From Minisyncoccia bacterium (GTDB lineage Bacteria; Patescibacteriota; Minisyncoccia; Phycocordibacterales; SBAW01), in contig JBEKSG010000001.1 of NCBI GenBank assembly GCA_049997855.1, forward strand, positions 58,059 through 122,058: a stretch of DNA of 64,000 bases, written 5' to 3'. Made by a program: the position numbers and the translations under genes. The notes below the pieces were generated by a model. The model saw only the letters and a program-made list of their open reading frames with translations. It did not search any database and was not told the DNA's origin. Below are positions 35,959 to 45,714 of this stretch, one piece after another (position 1 is the first letter of the stretch; each line of letters starts with the position of its first letter).

Positions 35959-37830
35959 TTATGTTTTACCTGCGACTAATGGTAGCAGATTGTATCGGAC
36001 TATGAAGTCGGATGCTTTGGTATTTTGCACCTGTGCGTTATACAGCGTTTGGCAAGAGGCGGCAGGCAGAGGTGCAAGCCTGGGGAAGGTGGTGCACGTA
36101 CCGTGCCCGAATATGCCGTCAACGGAGCCGATGTATTGCAGGTCCGAACTGATGATAAACTTTACCGCTCCCGTTCCGGGCACCCTCTGCGTCACCACCG
36201 GTGTCTTGGTGGTAAAAAGATCCTGACCGAGCACTGTAATAGGATATTGAATTCCCAACAAATCAGCAACCGTCGGATATAAGTCTATATGGCTCCCCGG
36301 CGTTTGGTCTACTCCCTCCGGCAACACATTGCCGGGAGCAAGAATAATAAGCGGTACATGCTGGTTTTGAGAATCGGAAGTGCCTATAAAAGCGCCATGA
36401 TCGCCATAAATAACAATGAGCGAATTATTGTACAAACCGTCCTTTTTTAAGCCGTCAATAAAATTCCCTAGCGCCTGGTCGCTGTAGTGCACGGCTTCTA
36501 AATATTGTTGCTGCGTCGGCGTGAGCGTTGTATCCTTCGGTATCGCCAACGTTTCAAGATCAGAGGGCAGGGTAAAGGGCGTATGCGTGCTCAGCGTAAT
36601 GAGCGTCGCCATGAACGGTTTCGGCAAGAACGTGAGTTTCGGCAGAGACTGCTCGAAAAAATCATTGTCCCCCAATCCTTCGGGCCCCACCTGCCGCGGC
36701 AGGACGTAAGCGGGCTTGCTGAAGACATCTTCATAGCCGAGCGAGGGGTACGCGTTTGAGCGATTCCAAAACGTTGCGACATCGCCGTGCATGGCCGCCG
36801 TGGTGTATCCGTTTGTGTCCAGGAGATGCGGCAAGGCGTCATACGTGTTTTCCGCATAGGTGGTGAATGCCACTTCATCGGGCAGGGGATACAACGAGTT
36901 TTGTGTGGAAAACTCCGCATCCGCCGTATTGCCTTCACCGTCTTGCGAGTAGTAGTTGGTAAAATACGCCCCTTCTTTCGAGAGTTCGGTGAGGTTGGGA
37001 GCGACTTCAACTCCGTTGATACTGTATCCTATGACCCAATTTTCGAGCGACTCCACTTGGATAAAAATAAGATTTTTGCTTTTAAGTATGCCAAAGTCGG
37101 AGCCTGTGGGTGGTAATGTTCTCTCCTTTGCCCACTCCGTCAAAAACGCTATGTCGGCCGCACTTGCCACGCGCGGCTGTAAAGCGTACTCTATCAAGCT
37201 TTCTGCATAAAAATTGACAATACCGACCTTGGCCACCAGCGAAGACAAGTTGTACATGTCGCTGTTGTCGTATAAATCTTGCGCGCTCCCAAACGTGAGT
37301 CGCTCCGAAACGATGAGCCCGCCATATCCGCCGCAGAAAACAACGATCATCAAAAAAAAAGGCAACATTTTTTCTGTTATTGAGAGCCGCCTCTCTTGTG
37401 TGCCTGTGTCGATTGCCATGTATCCCACAACCAACAAAAGCAACGGCACTATGAAAACAAGCAGTTTGTAGGTGATCAATGTTTTGATGGTGCTGATGAG
37501 ATCAATTGATTGACTAGAGTAAACAAGCGACGAGGCCTGCAAAAATCCTCCGGAATATCGGTAATACAAAAATTGCGAAATAAAGACAAGGCTTACGAGC
37601 AAAGAAACTAAAAAGAGATACGCATACCGAATGTATCTTTTTTCAAAAAACATCGCCGGGAAGAAGAGGACGGCACTGAGACCGACCGATGCCGCAACAC
37701 AACGCCACATAAAAGACCCCCACACAATATCGAGCCACCAGTTAAAAAGGAGGGTCTCTGCAATCAAAAGAAGTGCCAAAACGGTTGGCAGCCAAACTAT
37801 TTCAACAATACGGTTATATTTCATCAGCAA
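35959..37830 (-). CDS. LTA synthase / sulfatase-family membrane protein (phosphoglycerol or phosphoethanolamine transferase-like)
   Basis: 5 N-terminal TM helices plus an extracytoplasmic alkaline-phosphatase-superfamily domain (FIQVESLENW...YFTNYYSQDGEGNTADAEF). Confidence 0.6.
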   Translation of the reverse strand: MLMKYNRIVEIVWLPTVLALLLIAETLLFNWWLDIVWGSFMWRCVAASVGLSAVLFFPAMFFEKRYIRYAYLFLVSLLVSLVFISQFLYYRYSGGFLQASSLVYSSQSIDLISTIKTLITYKLLVFIVPLLLLVVGYMAIDTGTQERRLSITEKMLPFFLMIVVFCGGYGGLIVSERLTFGSAQDLYDNSDMYNLSSLVAKVGIVNFYAESLIEYALQPRVASAADIAFLTEWAKERTLPPTGSDFGILKSKNLIFIQVESLENWVIGYSINGVEVAPNLTELSKEGAYFTNYYSQDGEGNTADAEFSTQNSLYPLPDEVAFTTYAENTYDALPHLLDTNGYTTAAMHGDVATFWNRSNAYPSLGYEDVFSKPAYVLPRQVGPEGLGDNDFFEQSLPKLTFLPKPFMATLITLSTHTPFTLPSDLETLAIPKDTTLTPTQQQYLEAVHYSDQALGNFIDGLKKDGLYNNSLIVIYGDHGAFIGTSDSQNQHVPLIILAPGNVLPEGVDQTPGSHIDLYPTVADLLGIQYPITVLGQDLFTTKTPVVTQRVPGTGAVKFIISSDLQYIGSVDGIFGHGTCTTFPRLAPLPAASCQTLYNAQVQNTKASDFIVRYNLLPLVAGKT

Positions 37831-37919
37831 AATGCAATATAAGATACTATACGTATAAAGGTACGAATCCGTTTCCTATACACCCGAAAGAGTCTTGCTA
37901 TAATACGTGTAACAGCCAC

Positions 37920-38972
37920 ATGCCGCGACCATCCAAAGAACCGCATACTTTCTATAATACGACCGTTTTGATGTTAACTTCGTTTATTGTCGGTGCATTG
38001 CTTTCGGGTGGCATAACGGTTTTTGTATATTCACAAATGCCGTCATCAACGCTAAAGGCGATACGGGAAAGTGATATAGACCCCAACAATACCTACAAGT
38101 TTACCGATCCTTTAATAACTCTCTCGTCTTCCAATATAGAATCTCCCTTATATGATGCGCTGGAGCAGAATATAGAGTCATATATCGCCGAGCAAAAACC
38201 CGACGGCCTGCTTGCCGCGTCGGTATATTTTAGAGATATCAATGAGTCAAAGGGTTTTACCATCAATCCCGGCGACACCTATTATCCGGCGAGCTTGTAC
38301 AAGGTTCCGGTTATGATGACCTATTATGAAATTGCTGAGCAAGATCCTTCCATTTTGTCAGAGCAGTTGCCGTACGCTGGCGTTTCCAACTTAAACAACA
38401 TGGAGGAGGTGAGGTCGCCAATCCAACTCACGCCGGGCACCACGTATACCGTTGAGGAACTCATTGAGCATATGATCAGATACTCCGACAACAATGCGGC
38501 TCAATTATTGCTCTCCAATCTTTCGTCCAGCGGACGCTATCAAGAGTATCTCAATTTGTTTACCAGTCTTGGCATCAGTACCAGTACGGTAGATGAAGCG
38601 GCGGATTCGCTTACAGTTGGCAAATATCCGATTTTCTTGCGCACGTTGTATAACTCGACGTTTCTTGACCGCGATTACTCCGAGAAAGCGCTCCAACTTT
38701 TAACGGAGACCGATTTTACCGCAGGCATAGAGAGCGGTATTCCTAACGGGGTATTGGTTGCACAGAAATTTGGAGAGACCACGGTGGCAAATGAGCAGAC
38801 AGACATTGGCAAAGAGTTAAGCAACTGCGGCATTATCTATTATCCGAGTCATCCATACATATTGTGCATCATGACCAAAGGGGTTGGAGACAATGTTAAA
38901 GGTCTCGAAAGCAATATAGCGGCAATTTCTCGTATGGTGTATCAAAAAATGGAAGAGATTTATCCTTCCTAA
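37920..38972 (+). CDS. Class A beta-lactamase-like serine hydrolase (membrane-anchored)
   Basis: SLYK (SxxK), YSDNNAA (SDN), KFGET (KTG-like) motifs; start uncertain (ORF track start 37773). Confidence 0.5.
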   Translation: MPRPSKEPHTFYNTTVLMLTSFIVGALLSGGITVFVYSQMPSSTLKAIRESDIDPNNTYKFTDPLITLSSSNIESPLYDALEQNIESYIAEQKPDGLLAASVYFRDINESKGFTINPGDTYYPASLYKVPVMMTYYEIAEQDPSILSEQLPYAGVSNLNNMEEVRSPIQLTPGTTYTVEELIEHMIRYSDNNAAQLLLSNLSSSGRYQEYLNLFTSLGISTSTVDEAADSLTVGKYPIFLRTLYNSTFLDRDYSEKALQLLTETDFTAGIESGIPNGVLVAQKFGETTVANEQTDIGKELSNCGIIYYPSHPYILCIMTKGVGDNVKGLESNIAAISRMVYQKMEEIYPS

Positions 38973-38984
38973 AAAATGGAGGCG

Positions 38985-39004
38985 TACAAATCTGTTGTAA
39001 AATA
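38985..39004 (+). promoter_or_regulatory. Second copy of 20-mer TACAAATCTGTTGTAAAATA (-10-like TAAAAT 6 nt before the ATG at 39010)
   Basis: Exact identity to 1649-1668. Confidence 0.4.
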
Positions 39005-39009
39005 CAGGC

Positions 39010-39132
39010 ATGAAAAGGAAAGCGGTTCGGAGTGCTATAACGGGGCGGTTTGTACACAAGGGTAAGGCAAGAGCTAACCCCAAGACAACCGTCACCGAAA
39101 GCATAAGAATCCCAAAGCGTAAATCCAAATAA
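39010..39132 (+). CDS. Candidate 40-aa highly basic small protein MKRKAVRSAITGRFVHKGKARANPKTTVTESIRIPKRKSK (leaderless)
   Basis: Found by reading downstream of the conserved 20-mer; below the ORF-track size cutoff. Confidence 0.25.
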   Translation: MKRKAVRSAITGRFVHKGKARANPKTTVTESIRIPKRKSK

Positions 39133-39485
39133 TTTTTTGGGTTGCGGGCTGGGAAAACTCAAAAAAGAAAAGCCCGACTTGCAAAGACGGGGTAGTTTGG
39201 GGCATCAGCCAATATTTGACTGAGTTCTTTCCTTCAAGCGATTGGCGGCTCGTTTCCCGAATTCCTTTACGAGAAACAAGGGGTCCACTGCGGATGGTTC
39301 TTCGGGCAACATTTCGAAATACTGGTTCGTTGTCGCCCGAGCCGAGGACCTGATACTAAGCATTGCGAGACATGCCGCGAGGGCGCTCTGTACAACAAAG
39401 GGCATCGAAGTCTCCTCCTCTACAATCTAAAACCAATTATAAACATTGCCGCTGAATTTTAGATTAATTTTACGCGGTGCTATTT

Positions 39486-40115
39486 TTATTCTTCCAAATT
39501 CCTTACAGAATCGGCGTTGAGCGTCGGCTCCTGCGCGACGGTGTCGAGCATGCCGGTAATAGTCACATAATCTCCTATAAGTACATTCTGAGGAGAAATC
39601 TCTTGGCCGTCACGGTTGAGGAAACGTGTTCCGAAATTGTGCGTTTCGTAACTGCTTGCATCAGTGAGTACTATCCACCTAAAATCCGTCGAGCCCCATG
39701 CCGCACTGACGGTTATAGTCGTTCCATTTACCGCCACCACTCGTGCACTACGCAGGAGAGTGAGCCCGTTGTTGGCAATATGCATCTCACTGGGAAAGAG
39801 CGGGACGCCTGTGGCGACTGCGGGCGCAGACATCGCGGTACCTTGAGCCGCGGCTTTGTGCGGTGGAAGCGAAAAAAGGAAAACAGAGAACGAAAAAACA
39901 AAAAAGAAAATAGCGCCTACAAACAGAAAAGTTCCGAAGAGTTTGACATACGACATATCCACCATCGCCTTAAACCAGCGGCGGATTACTCCACTCCTCG
40001 CTCGGGGAAAGTCAAAGGAGTGCGGATCAAAGGTCTGCACCTCCGCAAAAAAGGCCGTAGGGGGAGCGTATAAACGCATGTTCTTAACTATAATTATATC
40101 CCGTGAAGCCATCAT
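39486..40115 (-). CDS. Hypothetical membrane-anchored protein
   Basis: ORF track; one TM helix. Confidence 0.3.
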   Translation of the reverse strand: MMASRDIIIVKNMRLYAPPTAFFAEVQTFDPHSFDFPRARSGVIRRWFKAMVDMSYVKLFGTFLFVGAIFFFVFSFSVFLFSLPPHKAAAQGTAMSAPAVATGVPLFPSEMHIANNGLTLLRSARVVAVNGTTITVSAAWGSTDFRWIVLTDASSYETHNFGTRFLNRDGQEISPQNVLIGDYVTITGMLDTVAQEPTLNADSVRNLEE

Positions 40116-40381
40116 GAATCACCGATGAATCCATTTGATTCATTTGGACTTCATGAGAAAGAACTTGGCGTGAAAGTTGGATATAAGATTTCTGTTACTA
40201 AACTCGCCACTGCCACAAAGAAGCCTGGCATAGAAGGGAAACGAGCGCGTCTTGCGGAGACTATCAAGAGCTTTCATCAAATTCATTGGGTAACTATATC
40301 AAAGATGAAAAAACACCCAAGGAAAAAATTCCTTGGGTGTTGATCTGCTCGGATGATCGCTCCTGAAACCTGCTTATTTAT

Positions 40382-40690
40382 TCAGTACGGATCATGCTCG
40401 TCGCGCACTTCCTGCACGACATAATATACGAGTGCAAAGAGGCTTATCATGATTCCGCCGAGCGCATACGAAATTGCGCTCAATGACAGATGCCACGGAT
40501 GTATGACCCACGTGTCCTGGTGATACCAAAAATGATCTCCGGCAACAGACCACAACGCAATGCCCGCGATGATTACTCCCACCATGCATGCGAAGTATAC
40601 GACTGCCCGGACCCACCACGACCAATTTTCATGCATCAGCTTCAACGGCACCGTGACGGGCCATCCAGCTACGAAGAAGATAATTTTCAC
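40382..40690 (-). CDS. Hypothetical small membrane protein (3 TM)
   Basis: ORF track. Confidence 0.3.
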   Translation of the reverse strand: MKIIFFVAGWPVTVPLKLMHENWSWWVRAVVYFACMVGVIIAGIALWSVAGDHFWYHQDTWVIHPWHLSLSAISYALGGIMISLFALVYYVVQEVRDEHDPY

Positions 40691-40794
40691 GGTTTTTCCC
40701 CCTGTGTTTTGTGCTAACTGTGCTACAGTATACAGATATATTTTAGAAAGTCAAGTATTAGTAAAGGGATGCCCAACACAGAGGCTGGGCAAGT

Positions 40795-41034
40795 TCATCG
40801 CGGCAGACCTTTATTTGCTTTGAAGATTCCGCCGCCGGAATGTAGACCGAACGAGGTGACAAGGCCGGGTATTGCTTGCGGCATGTTCTTATTACGCCAA
40901 CAAGCGTCGCAGTAAGCAGTCCCTTTTCTGACTGATTTTCCGCAGCGTACTCCTGTGGCGTAGTCTAATCCGTTACATGTTGCCTCATTGGTTTTTTCGG
41001 TAGGCTGCTTTTGAGCACTGATCGATATTGCCAT
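40795..41034 (-). CDS. Small Cys-rich zinc-ribbon-like protein
   Basis: CNGLDYATGVRCGKSVRKGTAYCDACW contains 4 Cys in a C..C...C..C arrangement. Confidence 0.35.
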   Translation of the reverse strand: MAISISAQKQPTEKTNEATCNGLDYATGVRCGKSVRKGTAYCDACWRNKNMPQAIPGLVTSFGLHSGGGIFKANKGLPR

Positions 41035-41215
41035 AGTACATCCTCCTACCCAAACTATATCATCGTTTCAGACCACCAGCTCAATGTATTAAAAAAGGGC
41101 CGCCCAAGAGGGGCGGCTTGAAACAACAGATCTTCCTGTTCGTGTGTTCGCGAACAACATGCTCCCATTGCTTGAGGCATGCCTCAAGCACGGCGGCGTC
41201 TTCGTGAAGAATCAT

Positions 41216-41869
41216 TCACATCTTCCAGCGTTCGGCGCGCTGGATCTTCAGCGCCCAGCAGACCTCCCGAACATTTTCACAGAGTCTCGTCTGTTGGTCG
41301 ACGATCTTATGAGTCGCCCGTTCATACAGAATATTGACGTAGTCCGGTTTGAATCTCAAAGCCCGGCCGATCGCAACGACATCCAGATGTAGCACGTCGC
41401 ACCCGATGAGGATGACTGCCTGCTGGGCAGCGGCGCATTTGGTGCTCTTCAGGGCGCCATCAACGATATGTTGCCATGACATACCGAATACTTGCGCGAC
41501 GCAGTCTCTTACGGCATAGATCGTCAGCTCAGCGTCACTGCTGCTTTTCATCTTCGGTGAGAATAGGCGCCAAATCTCCGTCGCACACGCCGACAGTTTC
41601 TTGTCGGCGGCGAGATGCGCCCTAGCATCCGCAATTTCCTTCCCCGAGCAGAACATGCTGTCTTGCAGAAAGCCATCCGCATCTTGCACAAACTTATGCG
41701 TACTCCCCAAGGCGAGCACCAATACTCGGGCATTCCAGCAATCCGACGAAGGATCGTCGACGGGTTCTTTGATCAGCTCGGGCGGAACTCCCATCCTACT
41801 CGAGACGATACCGGCTAAAGCCGCCAGTGTTTCCTCACGGCTTCTGTAGCCAACCTGCACATGTGCCAT
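41216..41869 (-). CDS. Hypothetical protein (start at MAHVQVGY)
   Basis: ORF track; no recognisable motif. Confidence 0.3.
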   Translation of the reverse strand: MAHVQVGYRSREETLAALAGIVSSRMGVPPELIKEPVDDPSSDCWNARVLVLALGSTHKFVQDADGFLQDSMFCSGKEIADARAHLAADKKLSACATEIWRLFSPKMKSSSDAELTIYAVRDCVAQVFGMSWQHIVDGALKSTKCAAAQQAVILIGCDVLHLDVVAIGRALRFKPDYVNILYERATHKIVDQQTRLCENVREVCWALKIQRAERWKM

Positions 41870-42093
41870 ATCTTTCTTTCTCCTGAGAGTTATGTATGGC
41901 CTTAAAGATCTCAAAACAGAACCGCACAATACTAAACCATACTATAGCACCCGGTACAATCGTACAATTATATCTTATACCACAAAAATCAATACTTGCA
42001 AATAGATTACAGCTGCATGAATCACCTACAAAGAGGAAGACCTTATTTGAGAGATGATACCGCTCCGCTCGAATAGTACAGGATTTAGTAAGC

Positions 42094-42125
42094 CAATTTA
42101 TCCCTGCGGCAGAAGCCGCAGGGAG
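42094..42125 (+). terminator. Hairpin CCCTGCGG-CAGAAG-CCGCAGGG followed by AGTTTTTGG
   Basis: 8-bp perfect stem; also may terminate the minus-strand membrane-protein operon. Confidence 0.4.
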
Positions 42126-42201
42126 TTTTTGGCTAAATGCTTAAACTGGTAACTTAACGATCCGAGACCCCCGCCGAGAATAAGGTCGCTCTCGCCGCAC
42201 C

Positions 42202-42360
42202 CTACTTTGAGGTAGGATTCAATGCGCCCCAGAATCCGACAACCGCAATGACTACGCCCAGAACTACGAGCGTCCACGTGAGCGTCATGCCCGTGAGACC
42301 TAAGAACGCCGCCACAATCACACAAAGCCCGAGCACCCCATTTGTCCAATCTTGCCACAT
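42202..42360 (-). CDS. Small 2-TM membrane protein (52 aa, start MWQDWTNG)
   Basis: ORF track 42202..42480, trimmed to the internal Met preceding the hydrophobic core. Confidence 0.3.
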   Translation of the reverse strand: MWQDWTNGVLGLCVIVAAFLGLTGMTLTWTLVVLGVVIAVVGFWGALNPTSK

Positions 42361-42542
42361 AGTATTTAGTATTAGTTGTTTTTGATAAAATGATGAAGCA
42401 AATCTCGGATGTGCCCCATGCGGTAAGTATATATCGGTTTTGGTGCTCTTTTGGAGCGAAGTGGAATAACGGGCTCCCACTGGCTGACAAGTTCAGAACC
42501 GCAGATTGGATACAGTTTGAGCGCGACCTACAGTTCAGTGGC

Positions 42543-43058
42543 CTACTTGACCTGCCGTTGTTTAGGCAGTTTTCTCTGACTTGAACGGACCAATACGTAA
42601 ATAGATACTGCCACGAGCGAGATGCCGACCGGCGGAAGCACATACAAAACGAATGCTGCGAAGTTGTAGAGGATAGTCGCACTCGTGTTCAGGACAGTAA
42701 ATAGGGTTGGCACGATGTACTGATACGACAAGAACATCAAGAAGAGCCAGACGACCGCCTTGATAAAGTTGTACAGCTCCCATGAGCCGAAACCCTTTAC
42801 GACGACGTCGTGCAACACTTTGTAAAAACGTGCTTCGTAGAGTAGGAAGCCAAGCGTGCAAAAAGTAAAAGCGCTGTAAAACGCTCGGTAGAAAAACTCG
42901 GGCTCCGACAGCGGCTTCACCTCTACCCACTGGAACTTCACACGAAGCGCGAAGCGCCAAAGTAGCAGCACCAAAAGCAAAACAGTGTACGGCACTGCCG
43001 AGCTAAAAACCTCTTTTGTTTGAGCAACGAGAACGGTTCGATACCACGGCTTTTTCAT
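42543..43058 (-). CDS. Hypothetical 4-TM membrane protein (start MKKPWYRT)
   Basis: ORF track trimmed. Confidence 0.4.
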   Translation of the reverse strand: MKKPWYRTVLVAQTKEVFSSAVPYTVLLLVLLLWRFALRVKFQWVEVKPLSEPEFFYRAFYSAFTFCTLGFLLYEARFYKVLHDVVVKGFGSWELYNFIKAVVWLFLMFLSYQYIVPTLFTVLNTSATILYNFAAFVLYVLPPVGISLVAVSIYVLVRSSQRKLPKQRQVK

Positions 43059-43075
43059 GTTGGATAAGTTCAGAA

Positions 43076-43315
43076 CTACTTCGGCCAAGCTAGGTAAATC
43101 TGGATACCCGACGCCATCAGCGAAAGCAGGATTGCCACTATCGCGATGCCTAACGACCAACGTGCATAGCGTTTCGACGAAGCTGAGTTTTCTACTGCCA
43201 GTCGTCGCTGTAGCTCGTGCGCCGCAAGAGCGCCGTACCTCGGGTCCCAGTTGTCCATTCTCTGGAACAGCTCTTCTTCGGTGTAGCTCGGCAACGGTTT
43301 ATCAAAGTTAGCCAT
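43076..43315 (-). CDS. Small tail-anchored membrane protein (cytoplasmic N-domain, C-terminal TM)
   Basis: ORF track. Confidence 0.4.
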   Translation of the reverse strand: MANFDKPLPSYTEEELFQRMDNWDPRYGALAAHELQRRLAVENSASSKRYARWSLGIAIVAILLSLMASGIQIYLAWPK

Positions 43316-43321
43316 ACAGGT

Positions 43322-44062
43322 TTACTCTTTTCTTGCGCCGTCTGCCTGCTCTTTTTCCAAGACAGCTCTTTCAGCCGAAAGCTCTTTATCGGTAAAGCGT
43401 AAATCGTTTTTGTACCAGATGCGGCTTCCTTTGCCGAACCCATAAAATCTCTTCATCTTGAGTGTGTCGGTTTTATTCGCATCGTTCAAGAGCAAACGAA
43501 CCTTCACGCGAAGGTCGGTTAGGTCCTCGATGACTTTCGGATACTGGTCGTCTATGGTGCCAAGAGCTTCATTGAAAAAACTGATGACGTTCTCTGCGAG
43601 TTTACCGCCCCCGCTCATAATGGTCCTTTTGAAGGCCTGATACTCGTTGTCTATCATCCGCAAGTGATGGTCAAAACCCTTGAGTTTTCTGATGATGACA
43701 TACACCTCGTTTACCAACTCCACGTTGTAGCTCTTGAAAAAGTCCATCGAAGGAAAGTCGTAAAACTGGAAGTTCTTTGGGAAAATGGCTCCCGGCGTTT
43801 TCAAAACATCCAAAAACTCGTTGGTTGTCCGTGCATCGTAGGCGGTTATGTTCAACCACTCAAGTAAGTAAATCTCTATCTGGCGTAGAAACTCTTTGTG
43901 CTCCTTGTTTGCGGCATAGATTTTTTCGTATCGGATTATCAGGTAAGGCACGATGACTGAAACCAACAAGGCGACGCTGCTTATCAAGACCGGCAAAACG
44001 TCTTTCCAAAAGTCGAACGACCCTCCGGTTCCTATTTGGTGGAAGTAGTGATGGGGATACAT
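43322..44062 (-). CDS. Hypothetical protein with N-terminal TM helix and about 200-aa cytoplasmic domain
   Basis: ORF track; no recognisable motif. Confidence 0.4.
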   Translation of the reverse strand: MYPHHYFHQIGTGGSFDFWKDVLPVLISSVALLVSVIVPYLIIRYEKIYAANKEHKEFLRQIEIYLLEWLNITAYDARTTNEFLDVLKTPGAIFPKNFQFYDFPSMDFFKSYNVELVNEVYVIIRKLKGFDHHLRMIDNEYQAFKRTIMSGGGKLAENVISFFNEALGTIDDQYPKVIEDLTDLRVKVRLLLNDANKTDTLKMKRFYGFGKGSRIWYKNDLRFTDKELSAERAVLEKEQADGARKE

Positions 44063-44074
44063 TCGCGTTCAGTA

Positions 44075-44326
44075 TTAGATGCGACCACGAAGAGCACTCA
44101 CGAGAGCAATCAGGTTTTGCAGCTTTCCTTCCGCGTTATCTTCGTTGAAGTTCTTGATAATGCCTTGCACCCTCGTAAGCAATGCGACGGGGTCCGCAGG
44201 CCGCGGTTCTTTTTTTGGTTTTGTGCTTTTTTCTTTTGCTGCTCTTGGCGGCGCTGCTACCATCCCCGCCTCGGTAAGAAGGGCTTGAACTTTCTTGAGC
44301 GTTTCGAGTGCTTTTTCGGCGTCCAT
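44075..44326 (-). CDS. Hypothetical small protein, Lys/Pro-rich middle
   Basis: ORF track. Confidence 0.3.
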   Translation of the reverse strand: MDAEKALETLKKVQALLTEAGMVAAPPRAAKEKSTKPKKEPRPADPVALLTRVQGIIKNFNEDNAEGKLQNLIALVSALRGRI

Positions 44327-44362
44327 TGTCCTGTAGTGTAATGTAAACTAAAGTAAAGGGCA

Positions 44363-45490
44363 ATGGAACCTCTACAGATACTCGAACGCTACTTCAACTC
44401 CTTTATCGGGTCCGAAGACCCGAAGCAGTTTTTTATGGGCCTCAAGGACTATCTCGACTATGGCGACGCGGTGCCAGAGTTTGACCTCATTACGACGCAG
44501 GTTTCAGCCATGCCAAAGGAGCTGATGGAACGGTACGAAAAACAACATAACGAAGCACTCTCCAAGATAAAAGAGGCGCACAAGAAAATAGCCAAGTACG
44601 TCGCCAAAAACAAAGTTGAGATACCAGTCGTTCTGAACGCTCTCAAACAGTACGATAGTTTCGAACAAAAACGCTCGACTAGCAGCTGGCCTCTTGCGTA
44701 CACCTTGCACGATGAGTTGCATGACGCAATCGAGTTCCTCTACCGGACCCCCGAGCACAAAGAGTTCGCCGAGAAGTTCATTGAGTTTTCCGACCCCACA
44801 AAGGCGCACGCGCGGCACTACCTACCCATCAAAGAGCTGGACGACTTTCTCGAAACGAAAAAGGAGTTTGAACGCCAGTATGAAAATGAGTTATGGGGTG
44901 CACAGCAGCACTTGTACGAGCTTTGTAAAATCGTTCGCGAAGGACATGCGATGGGCAAAGAAGTTATTGCTCGAGCACAGAGGAAAGAGCCCGGCGCAGT
45001 GTTCGACTGGATGAACTTCAGCGTGATTATGAGCGAGTGGATGAAAATCGAAGAAGGCCGCCCCGAGCGCGACCCTGTGTTCTTCAAACCGAAAGAAGTA
45101 CGGCCAAAGGCGCAGCGCTTTCACTTGTATGTTTTGTCCCGCTTCGCAGCTGCGCACGCAGCTCTTGCCGAGGTAAAGCAAGAGAAGCCGCTCTCCTTCG
45201 ATGAGAACGAGGCAGTTTTGTGGGTCAAGAACAAACCCTTTCCTATCCGTCGGGTATCGGACCAGTACGACTTGCTCCGGGTCATTTTTGCTGACCCAGC
45301 AGAGGTCGGTAAAGAGTGGTTTTTTGATGAGATAGCAGAGAAAGTAGACCCAGCACGCTCAAACGAACGGCTCAAGAAGTACTACAACGCCGCGTATCAG
45401 ATAAGTAAGAAACTCGCCGAAAAGGGACTTCCGGGCTTCTTTATTACGAAGAGACACTCTGCACGTATCGGTTCGACCTACTTGTCTTAG
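44363..45490 (+). CDS. Hypothetical cytoplasmic protein (375 aa)
   Basis: ORF track; no recognisable motif. Confidence 0.4.
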   Translation: MEPLQILERYFNSFIGSEDPKQFFMGLKDYLDYGDAVPEFDLITTQVSAMPKELMERYEKQHNEALSKIKEAHKKIAKYVAKNKVEIPVVLNALKQYDSFEQKRSTSSWPLAYTLHDELHDAIEFLYRTPEHKEFAEKFIEFSDPTKAHARHYLPIKELDDFLETKKEFERQYENELWGAQQHLYELCKIVREGHAMGKEVIARAQRKEPGAVFDWMNFSVIMSEWMKIEEGRPERDPVFFKPKEVRPKAQRFHLYVLSRFAAAHAALAEVKQEKPLSFDENEAVLWVKNKPFPIRRVSDQYDLLRVIFADPAEVGKEWFFDEIAEKVDPARSNERLKKYYNAAYQISKKLAEKGLPGFFITKRHSARIGSTYLS

Positions 45491-45714
45491 ATGTCTTAGA
45501 TTTTATCTAGGCCACACCAAGATACCCATTGTCTACGCTTAGTGCGTGGACGCTCAAAAAGGACAACCCGATAAACAGACCGAGGATACCGAGCTGATGC
45601 AGCGGTTTTTCGGCGACTTCGAAGCACGACGCAACATCGTCGGACTTTACGACCTGCTCTACAAAATCGACCGGCGCGTCAATCCAGACCTTTACCAGCA
45701 TAAAGAACCCGACC

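Noticed and set aside
42098-42682. 194-aa minus ORF
   Set aside because: It overlaps two better-supported small membrane-protein ORFs in other frames and has no hydrophobic or domain signal. The region is better explained by 42202..42360 and 42543..43058.
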